Virus record (IMG/VR): IMGVR_UViG_3300023214_000332
Coordinates: 1 to 61,008 of that record
Reading direction: 5' to 3' (one strand)
DNA length: 61,008 nt
Origin: a virus
Lineage: Duplodnaviria; Caudoviricetes
Below the pieces are notes generated by a model. That model saw nothing but the letters and a program-made list of their open reading frames with translations, was not told the origin of the DNA and ran no database searches. Position numbers and translations under genes: made by a program. Within the stretch, counting starts at the first letter, position 1. Each line of letters starts with the position of its first letter. Shown piece after piece: positions 48,380-57,943 of the stretch.

Positions 48380-49775
48380 AGCCGGTAATGTCGCGCAGTT
48401 ACGCCGGGAGGATTTGGCGTATGCGATGCCAGGGGCTTGGGCAAACTATGCCAGTGAGGGGCAGTGGCAGTATGCCCGTCATTTGTCGCTAATTGAGGAT
48501 AAGCTGTTGGATGTCGCGGCCGGACGCATTAAGCGGCTGGTCATAAACATGCCCCCGCAGAATGGGAAAAGTCAGTTTGTCAGTCAGTACTTTACAAGCT
48601 GGTACTTGGGGAGGAACCCAAACAAGCGGGTTATTTTGACCAGCTATGAGGCAGATTTTGCTGCCAGTTGGGGGAGGAGGAGTCGGGATGCACTGGAGCA
48701 GTATGGGGAGGTTGTCTTTGGGGAAAAGGTCAGTCAGGCCAGCGCGGCTGCCAGTCTCTGGTCCCTGCAGGGGTCAAGGGATGGGTACATGGCGACGGCT
48801 GGTGCTGGCGGCCCCATTACGGGTAAGGGGGCGGACTTGATTATTATTGATGACCCCATTAAGAATCAGCAGGAGGCGTTGTCTGCGGCACACAACGCGA
48901 AGCTGGTGGAGTGGTACCGCAGTACGGTTATTAACCGCCTGTCGCCGGATGGGGCAATTATCGTCATCATGACCCGCTGGGCGTATGATGACCTGACGGG
49001 GTGGTTGTTGCGGGAGGGGGCTAAGGTGGCTACAGCCGGACGGCGCTGGCATACGGTTGTGTTGCCGGCGGTGGCGGTGGCGGAGGGTGAGTGTGACCCG
49101 TTGGGGAGGGTGGCGGGGGAGGCGCTGTGGCCGGAGAGGTACAGTTTGGAATGGCTCCAGGAACAGCGGGCTTGGGTAGGCAGTTATTGGTGGAATAGTC
49201 AGTACCAGCAAAACCCGGCGCCGCGCGGCGGTGATATGGTACAAATGTCGTGGTTCCGCCGCTACCGCGTTGCGCCGGAGCGCAGGAATGCCAGTATGGT
49301 TGTGTTGTCGCTGGACACGGCGCAGAAGGGGGCGGAGGTCAATGCCTACACGGTTATTGGTGTGTGGTTGATTTATAATGAGCATTACTATTTGGTGGAT
49401 GTGATCAGGGACCGTTACACACACCCGAGGTTGCTGCAGATAACAAAGAATCTAATCTCGACGTGGCGCCCACATGTTGTGCTGGTGGAGGACAAGGGTA
49501 GTGGTATCTCCCTGGCCCAACACCTGGAGGATGATGGCAAGCCGGTTAAGCGTGTAGAGCCTACGGTTGATAAGGTAATACGGTTTAGCAATGAGTCACC
49601 GGCCATAGAGGCGGGCAACGTGTATTTGCCAGAGGAGGGGACGGCGCCCTGGTTGTTTGAGTATGAGCAGGAGGTTCAGTCTTTCCCGAACTCCATTTTT
49701 ATGGACCAAATTGATATGACCAGCCAATTCCTTGCCTGGGCGCGAGAGAGAAGCTCTGGTGTTGAGATGTTTTGA
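48345..49775 (+). CDS. terL: Terminase large subunit
   Basis: MPPQNGKS, TGKGAD.IIIDDP, MTRW, YQQNP, LDTA, VEDKGSG, DQID. Confidence 0.95.
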   Translation: MSGQSLKIEEPEAGNVAQLRREDLAYAMPGAWANYASEGQWQYARHLSLIEDKLLDVAAGRIKRLVINMPPQNGKSQFVSQYFTSWYLGRNPNKRVILTSYEADFAASWGRRSRDALEQYGEVVFGEKVSQASAAASLWSLQGSRDGYMATAGAGGPITGKGADLIIIDDPIKNQQEALSAAHNAKLVEWYRSTVINRLSPDGAIIVIMTRWAYDDLTGWLLREGAKVATAGRRWHTVVLPAVAVAEGECDPLGRVAGEALWPERYSLEWLQEQRAWVGSYWWNSQYQQNPAPRGGDMVQMSWFRRYRVAPERRNASMVVLSLDTAQKGAEVNAYTVIGVWLIYNEHYYLVDVIRDRYTHPRLLQITKNLISTWRPHVVLVEDKGSGISLAQHLEDDGKPVKRVEPTVDKVIRFSNESPAIEAGNVYLPEEGTAPWLFEYEQEVQSFPNSIFMDQIDMTSQFLAWARERSSGVEMF

Positions 49776-49914
49776 TGTGCGATACTATGGGTGTGTGATT
49801 GAATTTGAATTGAAATTACGCGAGTATTTGAGTCGTTTTCGTTTTGCTAGCCATAGCGCCTCGCGTGCGCGTGCGCGTGAGGGGAGCCGTTGGGGGTGCT
49901 GTGAGAGGTGAGAG

Positions 49915-51411
49915 ATGTTTGAAAGGGTAAAAAACTTCTTTGGTGGAGAGAAACAACAGATAGCCCCAGGGGTGACATCCGCTGGTTTGTTTGGCACCTC
50001 CTCCCGCCCGCCCCGCAGGGGCACGACAGAGCTTATCTCGGTGTACAACGATAGCCCCTGGTTGCGAGCGGTAGTTCACAAGGTTGGCCAGGGTGTTGCT
50101 GAGACCCAGTGGCGGCTGTTCGTTGCCCGCACTGGTGGCGGGAAGGCGATGCGGTATGTTGGCGCTCAACGGGCGCCCCGCACGGCACGCCGGCAGATGT
50201 TGGAGTCTGTGGTGCGGCGTCCCACAGTGGATATTGATGTGGTGCAGGAGGTGGTAGACCACCCGCTGCTGGATTTGTTGTCCATGGGGAATGGGGAGCT
50301 TTTGGGCTACTCCGCACTCCAGGTCACACAGGTACATTTGGATCTTGCAGGCGAGGCTTTTTGGGTGAAGGAGCGTAACGCTGCTGGCATGCCAGTTGCA
50401 TTCTGGCCAATACCGCCGGATTGGGTCAGAGAGTTGCCAACGCGGGATAACCCGTTTTACCGCATTAGCGCCTCTGCTGGTACGCTGACCAATGTTGAGG
50501 TGCCTGTGACGGAGGTTTTGTATTTCCGCGACCCGAATCCCTCCAACCCCTACGGTCGTGGTAGTGGTGCTGCTCGGGCGTTGGCGGATGAGATTGAAAT
50601 TGATGAGTTTGCTGCCAAGCACCTTAAGTCCTTCTTTTTCAACCGCGCGCGTCCAGACGTTATCATTAGTGGCGAGAATATAAGCCGGGAGGATGCAAAG
50701 CGGTTGGAGCTGCAGTGGCGGGAGCAGCACCAGGGGTTTTGGAATGCCTTTAAGCCCTTGTTTTTTAGCCGCAGTATTGATGTGAGCCCGTTGTCGCAAT
50801 CATTCGAGTCCATGCAAATGGTGGAATTGCGCAAGCAGGAGCGGGATGCTTTTATCAACGTCTTTGGCGTACCGCCGGAGAAACTGGGTGTGATTGGGGA
50901 ATCGAAGCGCAGCACTATTGCCGCCGCTGACTTCTTCTGGACGAAAGACATTATTGTCCCACGGGTAGAGATGCTGCGTAACTTCCTGCAGTGGAAGTTG
51001 GTGCCTGATTTTGACGCCCGCCTCATCCTGGATTATGACACGCCCATTGTGCAGGATGAGGAATTTGAGCTGCAGTCCATGCGAGCTGCCCCTTGGGCTT
51101 ATACGGTGAATGAGTGGCGTAACCAGGCGAACCGGCCGGCTGTTGAGAATGGTGACCGACACCTGTTGCCGCTTAACCAGATGCTGGTGGATATTGCTGC
51201 TGGTGAGAATGTGGATAACAGCAACCAGGGTAATGACCCGGCGGACAGTGAGGTTGTGGATGGTGAGGGAGAGGCAGAGGCAGAGCGTGCGGGAGAGGTA
51301 GGGGAGTTTGATGTAAAGACACTGGTGCAAACAGTGTTGCCCACGGTCCGAGCCCGTTTTTTGGACCACGTGAAAAACAGCCGCCGGGCTAATAGTGGCG
51401 CCGGCGGCTGA
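49915..51411 (+). CDS. Portal protein (HK97-like)
   Basis: DHPLLDLL, L.GEAFW, P..FWPIPP, PYGRG, FF.N.ARPD, FGVPP..LG, TVNEWR. Confidence 0.9.
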   Translation: MFERVKNFFGGEKQQIAPGVTSAGLFGTSSRPPRRGTTELISVYNDSPWLRAVVHKVGQGVAETQWRLFVARTGGGKAMRYVGAQRAPRTARRQMLESVVRRPTVDIDVVQEVVDHPLLDLLSMGNGELLGYSALQVTQVHLDLAGEAFWVKERNAAGMPVAFWPIPPDWVRELPTRDNPFYRISASAGTLTNVEVPVTEVLYFRDPNPSNPYGRGSGAARALADEIEIDEFAAKHLKSFFFNRARPDVIISGENISREDAKRLELQWREQHQGFWNAFKPLFFSRSIDVSPLSQSFESMQMVELRKQERDAFINVFGVPPEKLGVIGESKRSTIAAADFFWTKDIIVPRVEMLRNFLQWKLVPDFDARLILDYDTPIVQDEEFELQSMRAAPWAYTVNEWRNQANRPAVENGDRHLLPLNQMLVDIAAGENVDNSNQGNDPADSEVVDGEGEAEAERAGEVGEFDVKTLVQTVLPTVRARFLDHVKNSRRANSGAGG

Positions 51412-51495
51412 ACCGCGCCCGGTGTTGGACTGGCGGGGTGCCAGCGCGGTTTTTGGGCCGCTCGGGCTAAGCTCCGCTGCCCTCTCTGCCCTTCT

Positions 51496-51531
51496 CCCCC
51501 CACCCCACCCCTAGGGGTAGGGTAGGGGTAG
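51496..51531. terminator. C-rich/G-rich hairpin between convergent transcription units
   Basis: ccccccaccccacccc-ta-ggggtagggtagggg. Confidence 0.4.
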
Positions 51532-51563
51532 CCAATGGGGTTAAGCACGTGAGCTTTGTCGAT

Positions 51564-51764
51564 TTATACCGACACGGCAAAGCGCCACATTTTTACCGAC
51601 CAATAAAAGGGCCAGAAGGCGCCGCATCCCAAACTGCGCACAAGTTGTGCCTGCTCCTCCGACGGGTAGGTGCCTAGCGGGTGTCTACCCTCTTCCAGCA
51701 CCCACGCGGCGCCAAAGGTGTAGATGGAGCCAAGTATGTAGCCAATGGCCAATGCCTTTGTCAT
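51564..51764 (-). CDS. Small membrane protein
   Basis: GGGAGG RBS; hydrophobic; FWPFYW motif. Confidence 0.6.
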   Translation of the reverse strand: MTKALAIGYILGSIYTFGAAWVLEEGRHPLGTYPSEEQAQLVRSLGCGAFWPFYWSVKMWRFAVSV

Positions 51765-51780
51765 GTGTCGCCCCTCCCGC

Positions 51781-52254
51781 TCAGTACAACACGCTGTACC
51801 CGCGCCCTTGCAGGCATTGGCGTACTATCTCCCGCTGCTTATCCCACTGTCCGGCCGTGCCGCCGGCGCCGCCGGCCACACCGCCATACCCAGCACCAAG
51901 GCTCGCGCCAAATCCCGCGTCCCCTACTATTGCCCCGGTTATTGCCCCGGCTAATGCCCCAAGCGCGGCTCCGGCCACAGCTCCGCCCGCTGCCCCTGCG
52001 CCTACATTAGTATGACTGGCTGCAATTGCTTTGCACTCACGCAAGTCCTCCGCGTACTGCGCCGGCTCCACAACCGCTGCCGGGTCTACTACCGGGGTAT
52101 AGGCTACGCTATCACCATACCCGCATGGCGGTACCGTTTTGGTGCCGTCCTCGCTGACAGCGAAAGCGTTGTGCAGACATCCACCATCCGCCACCCGTTG
52201 CGGGCCGCCGCAGGCGTAGAGCGAGATTGTTAATGCCAGTAACAGGTATTTCAT
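51781..52254 (-). CDS. Glycine-zipper lipoprotein
   Basis: LYA|C lipobox; DLREC...GAAGGAVAGAALGALAG...CLQGRGY. Confidence 0.8.
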   Translation of the reverse strand: MKYLLLALTISLYACGGPQRVADGGCLHNAFAVSEDGTKTVPPCGYGDSVAYTPVVDPAAVVEPAQYAEDLRECKAIAASHTNVGAGAAGGAVAGAALGALAGAITGAIVGDAGFGASLGAGYGGVAGGAGGTAGQWDKQREIVRQCLQGRGYSVLY

Positions 52255-52339
52255 GGTTGCTACCTCCGCGTGGTTTTAGCTCCCCAGGAGCGGCTCCAAG
52301 GTTACCGTGTCTGCGTCCATGCTGATCACTCCCCGTCCG

Positions 52340-52654
52340 CTACCGTACTGGACCAAAGAACGAGACGACGTTTCTACCCCACGGCTCATCGTCCGTCAGG
52401 CAAACAAATCGCTGCCTGCCACCGTAAAGCTTGCTATGGCAGACGCTGCACGGTGACGAGGTGAATTTTAGGTAATCATCCCCGTCATCCTCCCCCCAGT
52501 CCGGGTATATGCAACCCCCAAGCCGTTGTACCTCTTTTCCGATTTTCTCTGCCTTTTCTGCGTCCTCTTCTGTGTGGCCCCCGCCACAATCGGCTCCAAA
52601 CACCAGGTGGATTACACAGTCCATGCATATCCACAACACGTGCTGCGTTGACAT
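52340..52654 (-). CDS. Hypothetical Cys-containing protein
   Basis: C.DC, F...PC..C...L.G.R; GGAGG RBS. Confidence 0.65.
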   Translation of the reverse strand: MSTQHVLWICMDCVIHLVFGADCGGGHTEEDAEKAEKIGKEVQRLGGCIYPDWGEDDGDDYLKFTSSPCSVCHSKLYGGRQRFVCLTDDEPWGRNVVSFFGPVR

Positions 52655-52666
52655 TGCTCTGCCCTC

Positions 52667-53197
52667 CTATAATTTCCCCGCTTCTGCCAAGGAATATGTT
52701 TTTGTCCCGCCCACTATAATGTGGTCGAGCACCCGCACATCAACTTGGGCAAGGGTCTCCCTTGCCTGCATTGTAAACCGTATATCCTCCTTGCTGGGCG
52801 TCTCGTCCCCGCTGGGGTGGTTGTGTGCGAGGATAACCGCCCCCGCGTTTTGCTCTATGGCACGCCGGACTACGGCGCGCATGGGTATATCGCAGTGGTT
52901 GATTGTACCCCTGTAGAGCACCTCAAACCCAAGTAACCGGTGGCGGTTGTCCAGCCACATACAGCCGAACACCTCCTCCGGTTCCTGTGCAATGTTGAGG
53001 GTTACCAGTTTTTTGCTGTCTTCCGCTGTGGAGATAAACTTGCGGTCGGTATTGGTGCCCAACCGCGACTCCAATATACGGATTGCCTCCGCAACCACCG
53101 CGTCCTCGCGGGAGCGTCTGTTCTCGTCCCCGGCTGAGGGGGTATAGTCGGGGCTGTCCTCGTCCTTGGTGGTGTGGTCGGTTTTCCGCTTTGCCAT
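52667..53197 (-). CDS. radC: RadC-like JAB/MPN domain protein
   Basis: EVF....LD, GTI, R.V...A...NA..VILAHNHPSG...PS.ED, VLDHIIVG. Confidence 0.92.
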   Translation of the reverse strand: MAKRKTDHTTKDEDSPDYTPSAGDENRRSREDAVVAEAIRILESRLGTNTDRKFISTAEDSKKLVTLNIAQEPEEVFGCMWLDNRHRLLGFEVLYRGTINHCDIPMRAVVRRAIEQNAGAVILAHNHPSGDETPSKEDIRFTMQARETLAQVDVRVLDHIIVGGTKTYSLAEAGKL

Positions 53198-53254
53198 TGC
53201 AGCACCTCCGTTATGGTAGTTATGATTGTAAAGCCCGTGATATGGTGTTGGGTG

Positions 53255-53500
53255 TTAGTGGTGCTTTATGGGGAAGTCGGTGTTTTTGGCGCTGGACATT
53301 GGCAGTCCTTGCCGCGCCCGCTGATTGTTTATATTCGATGTACTGGCGCTTGCCCCCAAGTGTACAACCCAGCCGATAACGAGGGCAATGCTGGACAGGG
53401 TTATAAACAGCCACCCAACGAAATCGTTGAACGAGAGACACAAGTAGCCCAGGGCGCCCAACGCCACGGCCTCTATTGTCTCCGATATGCTATTACTCAT
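53255..53500 (-). CDS. Small membrane protein
   Basis: Two hydrophobic segments; ATGA overlap. Confidence 0.5.
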   Translation of the reverse strand: MSNSISETIEAVALGALGYLCLSFNDFVGWLFITLSSIALVIGWVVHLGASASTSNINNQRARQGLPMSSAKNTDFPIKHH

Positions 53501-54345
53501 ACAGCCTCCGGGAATTCATCTCTGGTGTCGTAGACAAAGGATCGTCTGCGGGAGTTTGTCCGCAGGATATTCCACGCATTTATGCATGTGCCTAACACAA
53601 CTATTTTCTCTTTGTGATGCGACCGGAAGCCAATGCCGGTGGCGCGCATTTTGATCAGCCGCTCTCGCAGCCGGTACAATATATCCTCCTTGGTCAGCAT
53701 CACACCGGTGTTTAGTTTATCAAAGAACTGGTTTGCCTCTCCTTGGCTTTGTCGGGAGAAGATGTAATGCAGGAATCCACCTGCTGCTGGCGGCATGAAG
53801 TCTTTGGTTTGCATACCCACCCGTATGCTCTCCCGTATGCCACCCTCCTGCTCCAGCAAGTCCTCCAGATCTTGTGGAGTAACCACGGCGTTTACATTAA
53901 GCAGCTCCCGCATTGCTCCACACCGGTAGCAAAACAGCATGCGTAATGCTGACGCTAGGTTGTTGGCGTTTTTCTCGCCGCGCATGCCCAGGATAGCGCC
54001 GTTTGACCGTACGGCGTTGCGGTCTATGCTGTCAAAAGCCTCCGGTGTCACTCCCCATACCACCAGGGCCTTGATGCTTTTGCCGGTTTTGATGACGGCC
54101 CGCAGTCTGTGCTGACCGTCGATTAGGTGACCTGTGCGATCAAACTTGATTGTGTCGCCCGTCAGCCTCCATTGGTTCTGTAATATTGCCCGCTCCAGTT
54201 TGGCCATCGCCCTAGGGTTTAGCCGGCGGTTTGTTGGCAAGTTCTGCTCCAGCCATTGGGCTGCCAATGCTGGGGTGATTGTCCTGACCTGTGTTTTTAG
54301 GTCGTTTTCTATACTATCCTTTAGCAGTTGTGTCATCATACTCAT
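53497..54345 (-). CDS. ParB/Srx-like (DGQHR) domain protein
   Basis: ITPALA..WL..N..NR, W..TGD.I.FD..G.LIDGQHRL.A. Confidence 0.8.
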   Translation of the reverse strand: MSMMTQLLKDSIENDLKTQVRTITPALAAQWLEQNLPTNRRLNPRAMAKLERAILQNQWRLTGDTIKFDRTGHLIDGQHRLRAVIKTGKSIKALVVWGVTPEAFDSIDRNAVRSNGAILGMRGEKNANNLASALRMLFCYRCGAMRELLNVNAVVTPQDLEDLLEQEGGIRESIRVGMQTKDFMPPAAGGFLHYIFSRQSQGEANQFFDKLNTGVMLTKEDILYRLRERLIKMRATGIGFRSHHKEKIVVLGTCINAWNILRTNSRRRSFVYDTRDEFPEAV

Positions 54346-54529
54346 TTTGTCCTCCTGCTTTGCATGACATATTCAAATGCCGCACTGCGTGGCTTTCCGT
54401 GGGCACCCCACTGTTATACGCCTCAGCACGGCGTAGCCACCACGCAGATTCCTGTGTGTTATGTTCCGTCTCCCGCGCCCTCCTCTTGCAGTATGCCTCC
54501 AGGGTTATTACAAGCCCTTGCTTTATCAT
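54314..54529 (-). CDS. Hypothetical protein
   Basis: Fills gap in the early array. Confidence 0.4.
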   Translation of the reverse strand: MIKQGLVITLEAYCKRRARETEHNTQESAWWLRRAEAYNSGVPTESHAVRHLNMSCKAGGQNEYDDTTAKG

Positions 54530-54620
54530 CAAACCCCCAGCGATTCGCCGTGTGTGGTGTATTGGCCTACATATGTATATACCTACACCGTGCGGCATGC
54601 AAGCTAGTGGGCTGATGTTA

Positions 54621-55001
54621 TTAGTGTTTTACTTGATTAATTTCTGTGTCAAATGTGGCCAGCTCTTGCTGGAGTGTTGGGATCAGTAACGATAAACCAG
54701 CCTCGGAGAAGCGCATTTTTAGTGCTTGGTATGCGACTGCGATTGCATCTTTGATCGGGGGGCGGTTTGTCGTGTCGTTCAGGAAGGCCAACTCTTGGGA
54801 AGTAAGCGCCCCTGCGTGCTGTCCCATCGTTGCCCTCACTACTGCGGGCATTGTGTGTGTCAGCATCGAAAACACTACCACCATTTTCCTGATGTCGTTG
54901 TCACAAAGCCCCCGCACTATATCAAATACAGTGGCACAGATCAGCAGCTCCTTGCCAGTAATGCAAACAACTTGTTTGTACACTTTCTCCTCCTCTTCCA
55001 T
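54621..55001 (-). CDS. Hypothetical protein
   Basis: AGGAG RBS. Confidence 0.6.
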   Translation of the reverse strand: MEEEEKVYKQVVCITGKELLICATVFDIVRGLCDNDIRKMVVVFSMLTHTMPAVVRATMGQHAGALTSQELAFLNDTTNRPPIKDAIAVAYQALKMRFSEAGLSLLIPTLQQELATFDTEINQVKH

Positions 55002-55017
55002 GCCCGCTCTCCTGACG

Positions 55018-55206
55018 TTATATGTAGCGCGCGGCTACCGGATCACGCTTGCTGTGGGCTCGTCGCTGGATTTCCTCCGTGATGTTGGCCAGCTCTATTT
55101 CCACCGGCACACGGTCCTTCTTTTGCAGCCTGGATTTGCCCGACTTGGATAATGCTGCAGATATTTTCCTTGCCCTACGGACAAGCGCCGCTGTTTTGCC
55201 TTTCAT
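55018..55206 (-). CDS. Small basic hypothetical protein
   Basis: GGAGG RBS, ATGA overlap. Confidence 0.55.
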   Translation of the reverse strand: MKGKTAALVRRARKISAALSKSGKSRLQKKDRVPVEIELANITEEIQRRAHSKRDPVAARYI

Positions 55207-55421
55207 TCGAATCCTCCTGCGGCAAGGCGGTACTGGTCGCCTTGCAGTAAGTATAGCTGGCCTCGGCCGGTGCCGAGGCCAACGCCAAACGATTTGTGGC
55301 AGTCCTCACACATCACGGCCCAGGGGCCGTGATGTGTGCGGCCATCGACCAGGATCGATGTGCACACTCTGTGACATAAATCACAGGTTGTGCACCCCAT
55401 CCACACTGTGCCGGTTTTCAT
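55203..55421 (-). CDS. Small zinc-finger-like protein
   Basis: CDLC...DGRT..GPWA.MC..C....G.GLG.G.GQ.Y; start at MKTG. Confidence 0.7.
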   Translation of the reverse strand: MKTGTVWMGCTTCDLCHRVCTSILVDGRTHHGPWAVMCEDCHKSFGVGLGTGRGQLYLLQGDQYRLAAGGFE

Positions 55422-55723
55422 AGTTGCAACTCCTCCACGCGGCACGGCTTGAAATACATGTCGCGCTCTATGGGCAGTCCTAACGGGCCTCGGGACTGTT
55501 CCAGCTCCCGGAGTGAGAAGTACCCCCACTCGCGCTCCAGCCCATGGACCCAGCCAAAAAACACCCAGCCACCCTCGGACTCCTCTCCCTCGACCACGTA
55601 CCAAGTCCAGTTGTTATCGGGGGTGAAGAATTTGCACCGCACAATCTTGTCCCTTGCTGGTGTGCCTTCTGTGGCAAGGAGCTTAGGCAAGCGCTTGATG
55701 ATTTCTTTGGTTAAGAGTTTCAT
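55418..55723 (-). CDS. DUF2958-like protein
   Basis: MKLLT.E....LP.L, KFFTP..NWTWY..E, FFG.V.G.E.EWGYFSL.EL, IERD.YF. Confidence 0.85.
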   Translation of the reverse strand: MKLLTKEIIKRLPKLLATEGTPARDKIVRCKFFTPDNNWTWYVVEGEESEGGWVFFGWVHGLEREWGYFSLRELEQSRGPLGLPIERDMYFKPCRVEELQL

Positions 55724-55733
55724 ATGTTACCTC

Positions 55734-56210
55734 CTAGACGCAAGACCAAACCAATTCCCACTCGTCGTCCGTGCTGTCACGGCAGTAAAGCGACACATTC
55801 CCGTGGTCGTTGCAAAACACCGCCTCCGTGTGTCGTTCGACCTCGTCTAAATCTGATGGGTCGTTGACCGTCGCCACCTCACCGTCGGCGACAGCGCGTT
55901 GCAGCATATCCATGTTGGGCCAGAAACCATAGTCGCTCAGGTCTCCTTCATGCGGACCAAAGTAGCAGTAGGGAGGGGCCATGTTGTTGAGCGCGTCCAT
56001 TAACTGCTCCAACAACTCCTCTCCCTGGCCGTTATCCCATCCATGCGTAAGGTACTGGTCGGCGGTATCGATCAGCAGCTCGACTGCGTCCCTGTCTTGT
56101 TTGTCCAGCATGCTCTTGTAGTGGTATTTTATCTCCGTTCCAAAAGCATCTATTAGCTCCTCTGTGAGCTGCGTCCCACGCGATACTAAACCAATGTTTG
56201 GGTGATACAT
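55734..56210 (-). CDS. Hypothetical protein
   Basis: GGAGG RBS; S.GT...LI..F, AP..CYFG.HEGD..DYGFW, NDHGNV.LY. Confidence 0.7.
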   Translation of the reverse strand: MYHPNIGLVSRGTQLTEELIDAFGTEIKYHYKSMLDKQDRDAVELLIDTADQYLTHGWDNGQGEELLEQLMDALNNMAPPYCYFGPHEGDLSDYGFWPNMDMLQRAVADGEVATVNDPSDLDEVERHTEAVFCNDHGNVSLYCRDSTDDEWELVWSCV

Positions 56211-56223
56211 TGCACACCTCCAG

Positions 56224-56424
56224 TTACTTGGTCATATGTAGCACTTGCTCAAGGGCGTCCCGCCTTGTGTTCCATATTCCTGCGTAGCACAGGAGTGCCC
56301 CGTCTTGTGTGCGCCGGATTTCGGCTGCCCACTCTCTGGCGGCTATTTTTTTTATTTGCCCGAACCGCCCGTCCGGCAAGCTAACCCTGTAGCATCCTCG
56401 GTAATGCCGTCTCAGTATTGCCAT
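56224..56424 (-). CDS. Hypothetical protein
   Basis: AGGAGG RBS directly downstream of a promoter. Confidence 0.65.
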   Translation of the reverse strand: MAILRRHYRGCYRVSLPDGRFGQIKKIAAREWAAEIRRTQDGALLCYAGIWNTRRDALEQVLHMTK

Positions 56425-56435
56425 GTTTCACCTCC

Positions 56436-56480
56436 TTGCCGCATGGTGTACATTATACATAAATATACACCATGCGGCAA
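56436..56480 (-). promoter_or_regulatory. Sigma70 promoter inside a perfect 15-bp inverted repeat
   Basis: TTGCCG-17-TATAAT; arms ttgccgcatggtgta (56436-50) / tacaccatgcggcaa (56466-80). Confidence 0.75.
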
Positions 56481-56487
56481 CCCAACC

Positions 56488-57252
56488 TCAAAGCACAGCA
56501 AGCCCAGCTCCGGCCGCCGCAATGCGGGCCGGGGCGCTATAGCGCCCGGCAAAGCTTTTTGCCCGAGCACGCAGCTCCTTGTCCGTAGGTACATATTGCT
56601 CCGGGTCCACCACCTCAACGTTGGAGGAGGCCGTCCATACTACGTGTGCATGGCGCTCCACCACGTAGGTGGTCCCGTCACGGCGGCTCCGCACCACCTG
56701 CTCCTTCTCGTCGTCCGTGGCGATGCCGATGCGGGTTACCCGCTGCCCGTAGGGACCGTAGTTTTTCTCCCCCACCCAAATCACCACGCCCTCTGTGCCG
56801 TGGGGTACCTTGCGGCCATACACTACCCGTACCCGTTTGCCCTTTTCGGGCCACTTGGCAGCCGCCTCAGCCTGCATTTTTAGCTGGGCAAACCCATATT
56901 TGACCAGCCAGCGGTCGGCCTTCTTCTTGACCGCCTCAGTGGCGTCTATGGTGGCGCCTACGCGGTAGCATGAGCAGTGGGTTGAGGCATAATCAACCGT
57001 TTTTATTTTCTTCTCTTTGCTGTCCCACACGACAGCATAAAAATCGCTGTCGTCGTGGTAATTGCGCTCGCGTGTCTCAAGCACGCAACCCTCGTACCGG
57101 TACAGCCATCCCACAGTCGGGGCCTCTCCTTGCCTGAGACTGCTCTCCGGCTTGTCCAGTAAGACAAGCCGGCTATCTGGGGTGGTCTGTACTGCCCGCT
57201 GCGGCCACCCGTCATCCAAGTCTCTCTTAAAAAGCCAGTTTACTATGGCCAT
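56488..57252 (-). CDS. Hypothetical protein (SH3/KOW-like C-terminus)
   Basis: RNYHDDSDFYAVVWD, KG..V.VV.GRKVP.GT.G.V.W; GGAGG RBS. Confidence 0.7.
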   Translation of the reverse strand: MAIVNWLFKRDLDDGWPQRAVQTTPDSRLVLLDKPESSLRQGEAPTVGWLYRYEGCVLETRERNYHDDSDFYAVVWDSKEKKIKTVDYASTHCSCYRVGATIDATEAVKKKADRWLVKYGFAQLKMQAEAAAKWPEKGKRVRVVYGRKVPHGTEGVVIWVGEKNYGPYGQRVTRIGIATDDEKEQVVRSRRDGTTYVVERHAHVVWTASSNVEVVDPEQYVPTDKELRARAKSFAGRYSAPARIAAAGAGLAVL

Positions 57253-57272
57253 GATTCACCTCCATCATTGTG

Positions 57273-57422
57273 TTATACCCGGATGAGGTCTGCGCCTTTG
57301 TCCAGGTATTTTTTCACCTCCCACAGGGTCAGGTAACGCTTACGCTCTTTACGCTGCCCAGTAATCAAATAAAACAATGGGTATTGTCCGAGGGTGTACG
57401 TAAAGATGGTGGTATGTGCCAT
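57273..57422 (-). CDS. 49-aa protein
   Basis: Below cutoff; AGGAGG RBS and promoter upstream; MAHTTIFTYTLGQYPLFYLITGQRKERKRYLTLWEVKKYLDKGADLIRV. Confidence 0.6.
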   Translation of the reverse strand: MAHTTIFTYTLGQYPLFYLITGQRKERKRYLTLWEVKKYLDKGADLIRV

Positions 57423-57451
57423 GTATCACCTCCTACGTTGTCTGCCTATAT

Positions 57452-57480
57452 ATTATAGCAAAAACACAAGCAATCGCCAA
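57452..57480 (-). promoter_or_regulatory. Sigma70 promoter (extended -10)
   Basis: TTGGCG-17-TATAAT with TGn. Confidence 0.7.
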
Positions 57481-57513
57481 TACCTGTTTAGGCGCCGACG
57501 CGCGCGGTATCCA

Positions 57514-57927
57514 CTATCCAAACAGTGGTGTCGGCGCCTGGAGGAATGCTTCCGGGTTGCCGCACCAGCTCTTGCTTGTGCGGCACTCAACTATTGCTAG
57601 CGCTGTTGCCTCACCCTGGACAGTGATGTAGTAGGCGTAGTCGGCGCCAAGGTCTTGTGGGGATTTGGTTGGGTTCGCCAGGTACACACCCCCCTCCATG
57701 CTCTCGGCCTTAAACGCCACCACCATGTGGGCGGCCAGCTCCCACAAGCCATTAGAGACCTTGATTCCTGCTCCGTTGAGCGGTATGCCGTTGACAATAC
57801 GGCGTCCCCGCAGGAAATCCACCAACTCCGCACCATGCCCCTCCGGGTACCCGTCATACAATACGAGCATGGCTACAACAGCTTCTTGTCTTTCGTCAAG
57901 TACGTAAGTCACGCTGCGCGTTCCCAT
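57514..57927 (-). CDS. Hypothetical phage protein
   Basis: MGTRS...YDGYPEGHG.EL...DY.Y; AGGAG RBS. Confidence 0.7.
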   Translation of the reverse strand: MGTRSVTYVLDERQEAVVAMLVLYDGYPEGHGAELVDFLRGRRIVNGIPLNGAGIKVSNGLWELAAHMVVAFKAESMEGGVYLANPTKSPQDLGADYAYYITVQGEATALAIVECRTSKSWCGNPEAFLQAPTPLFG

Positions 57928-57943
57928 AGTCGTGTTCTCCTGT

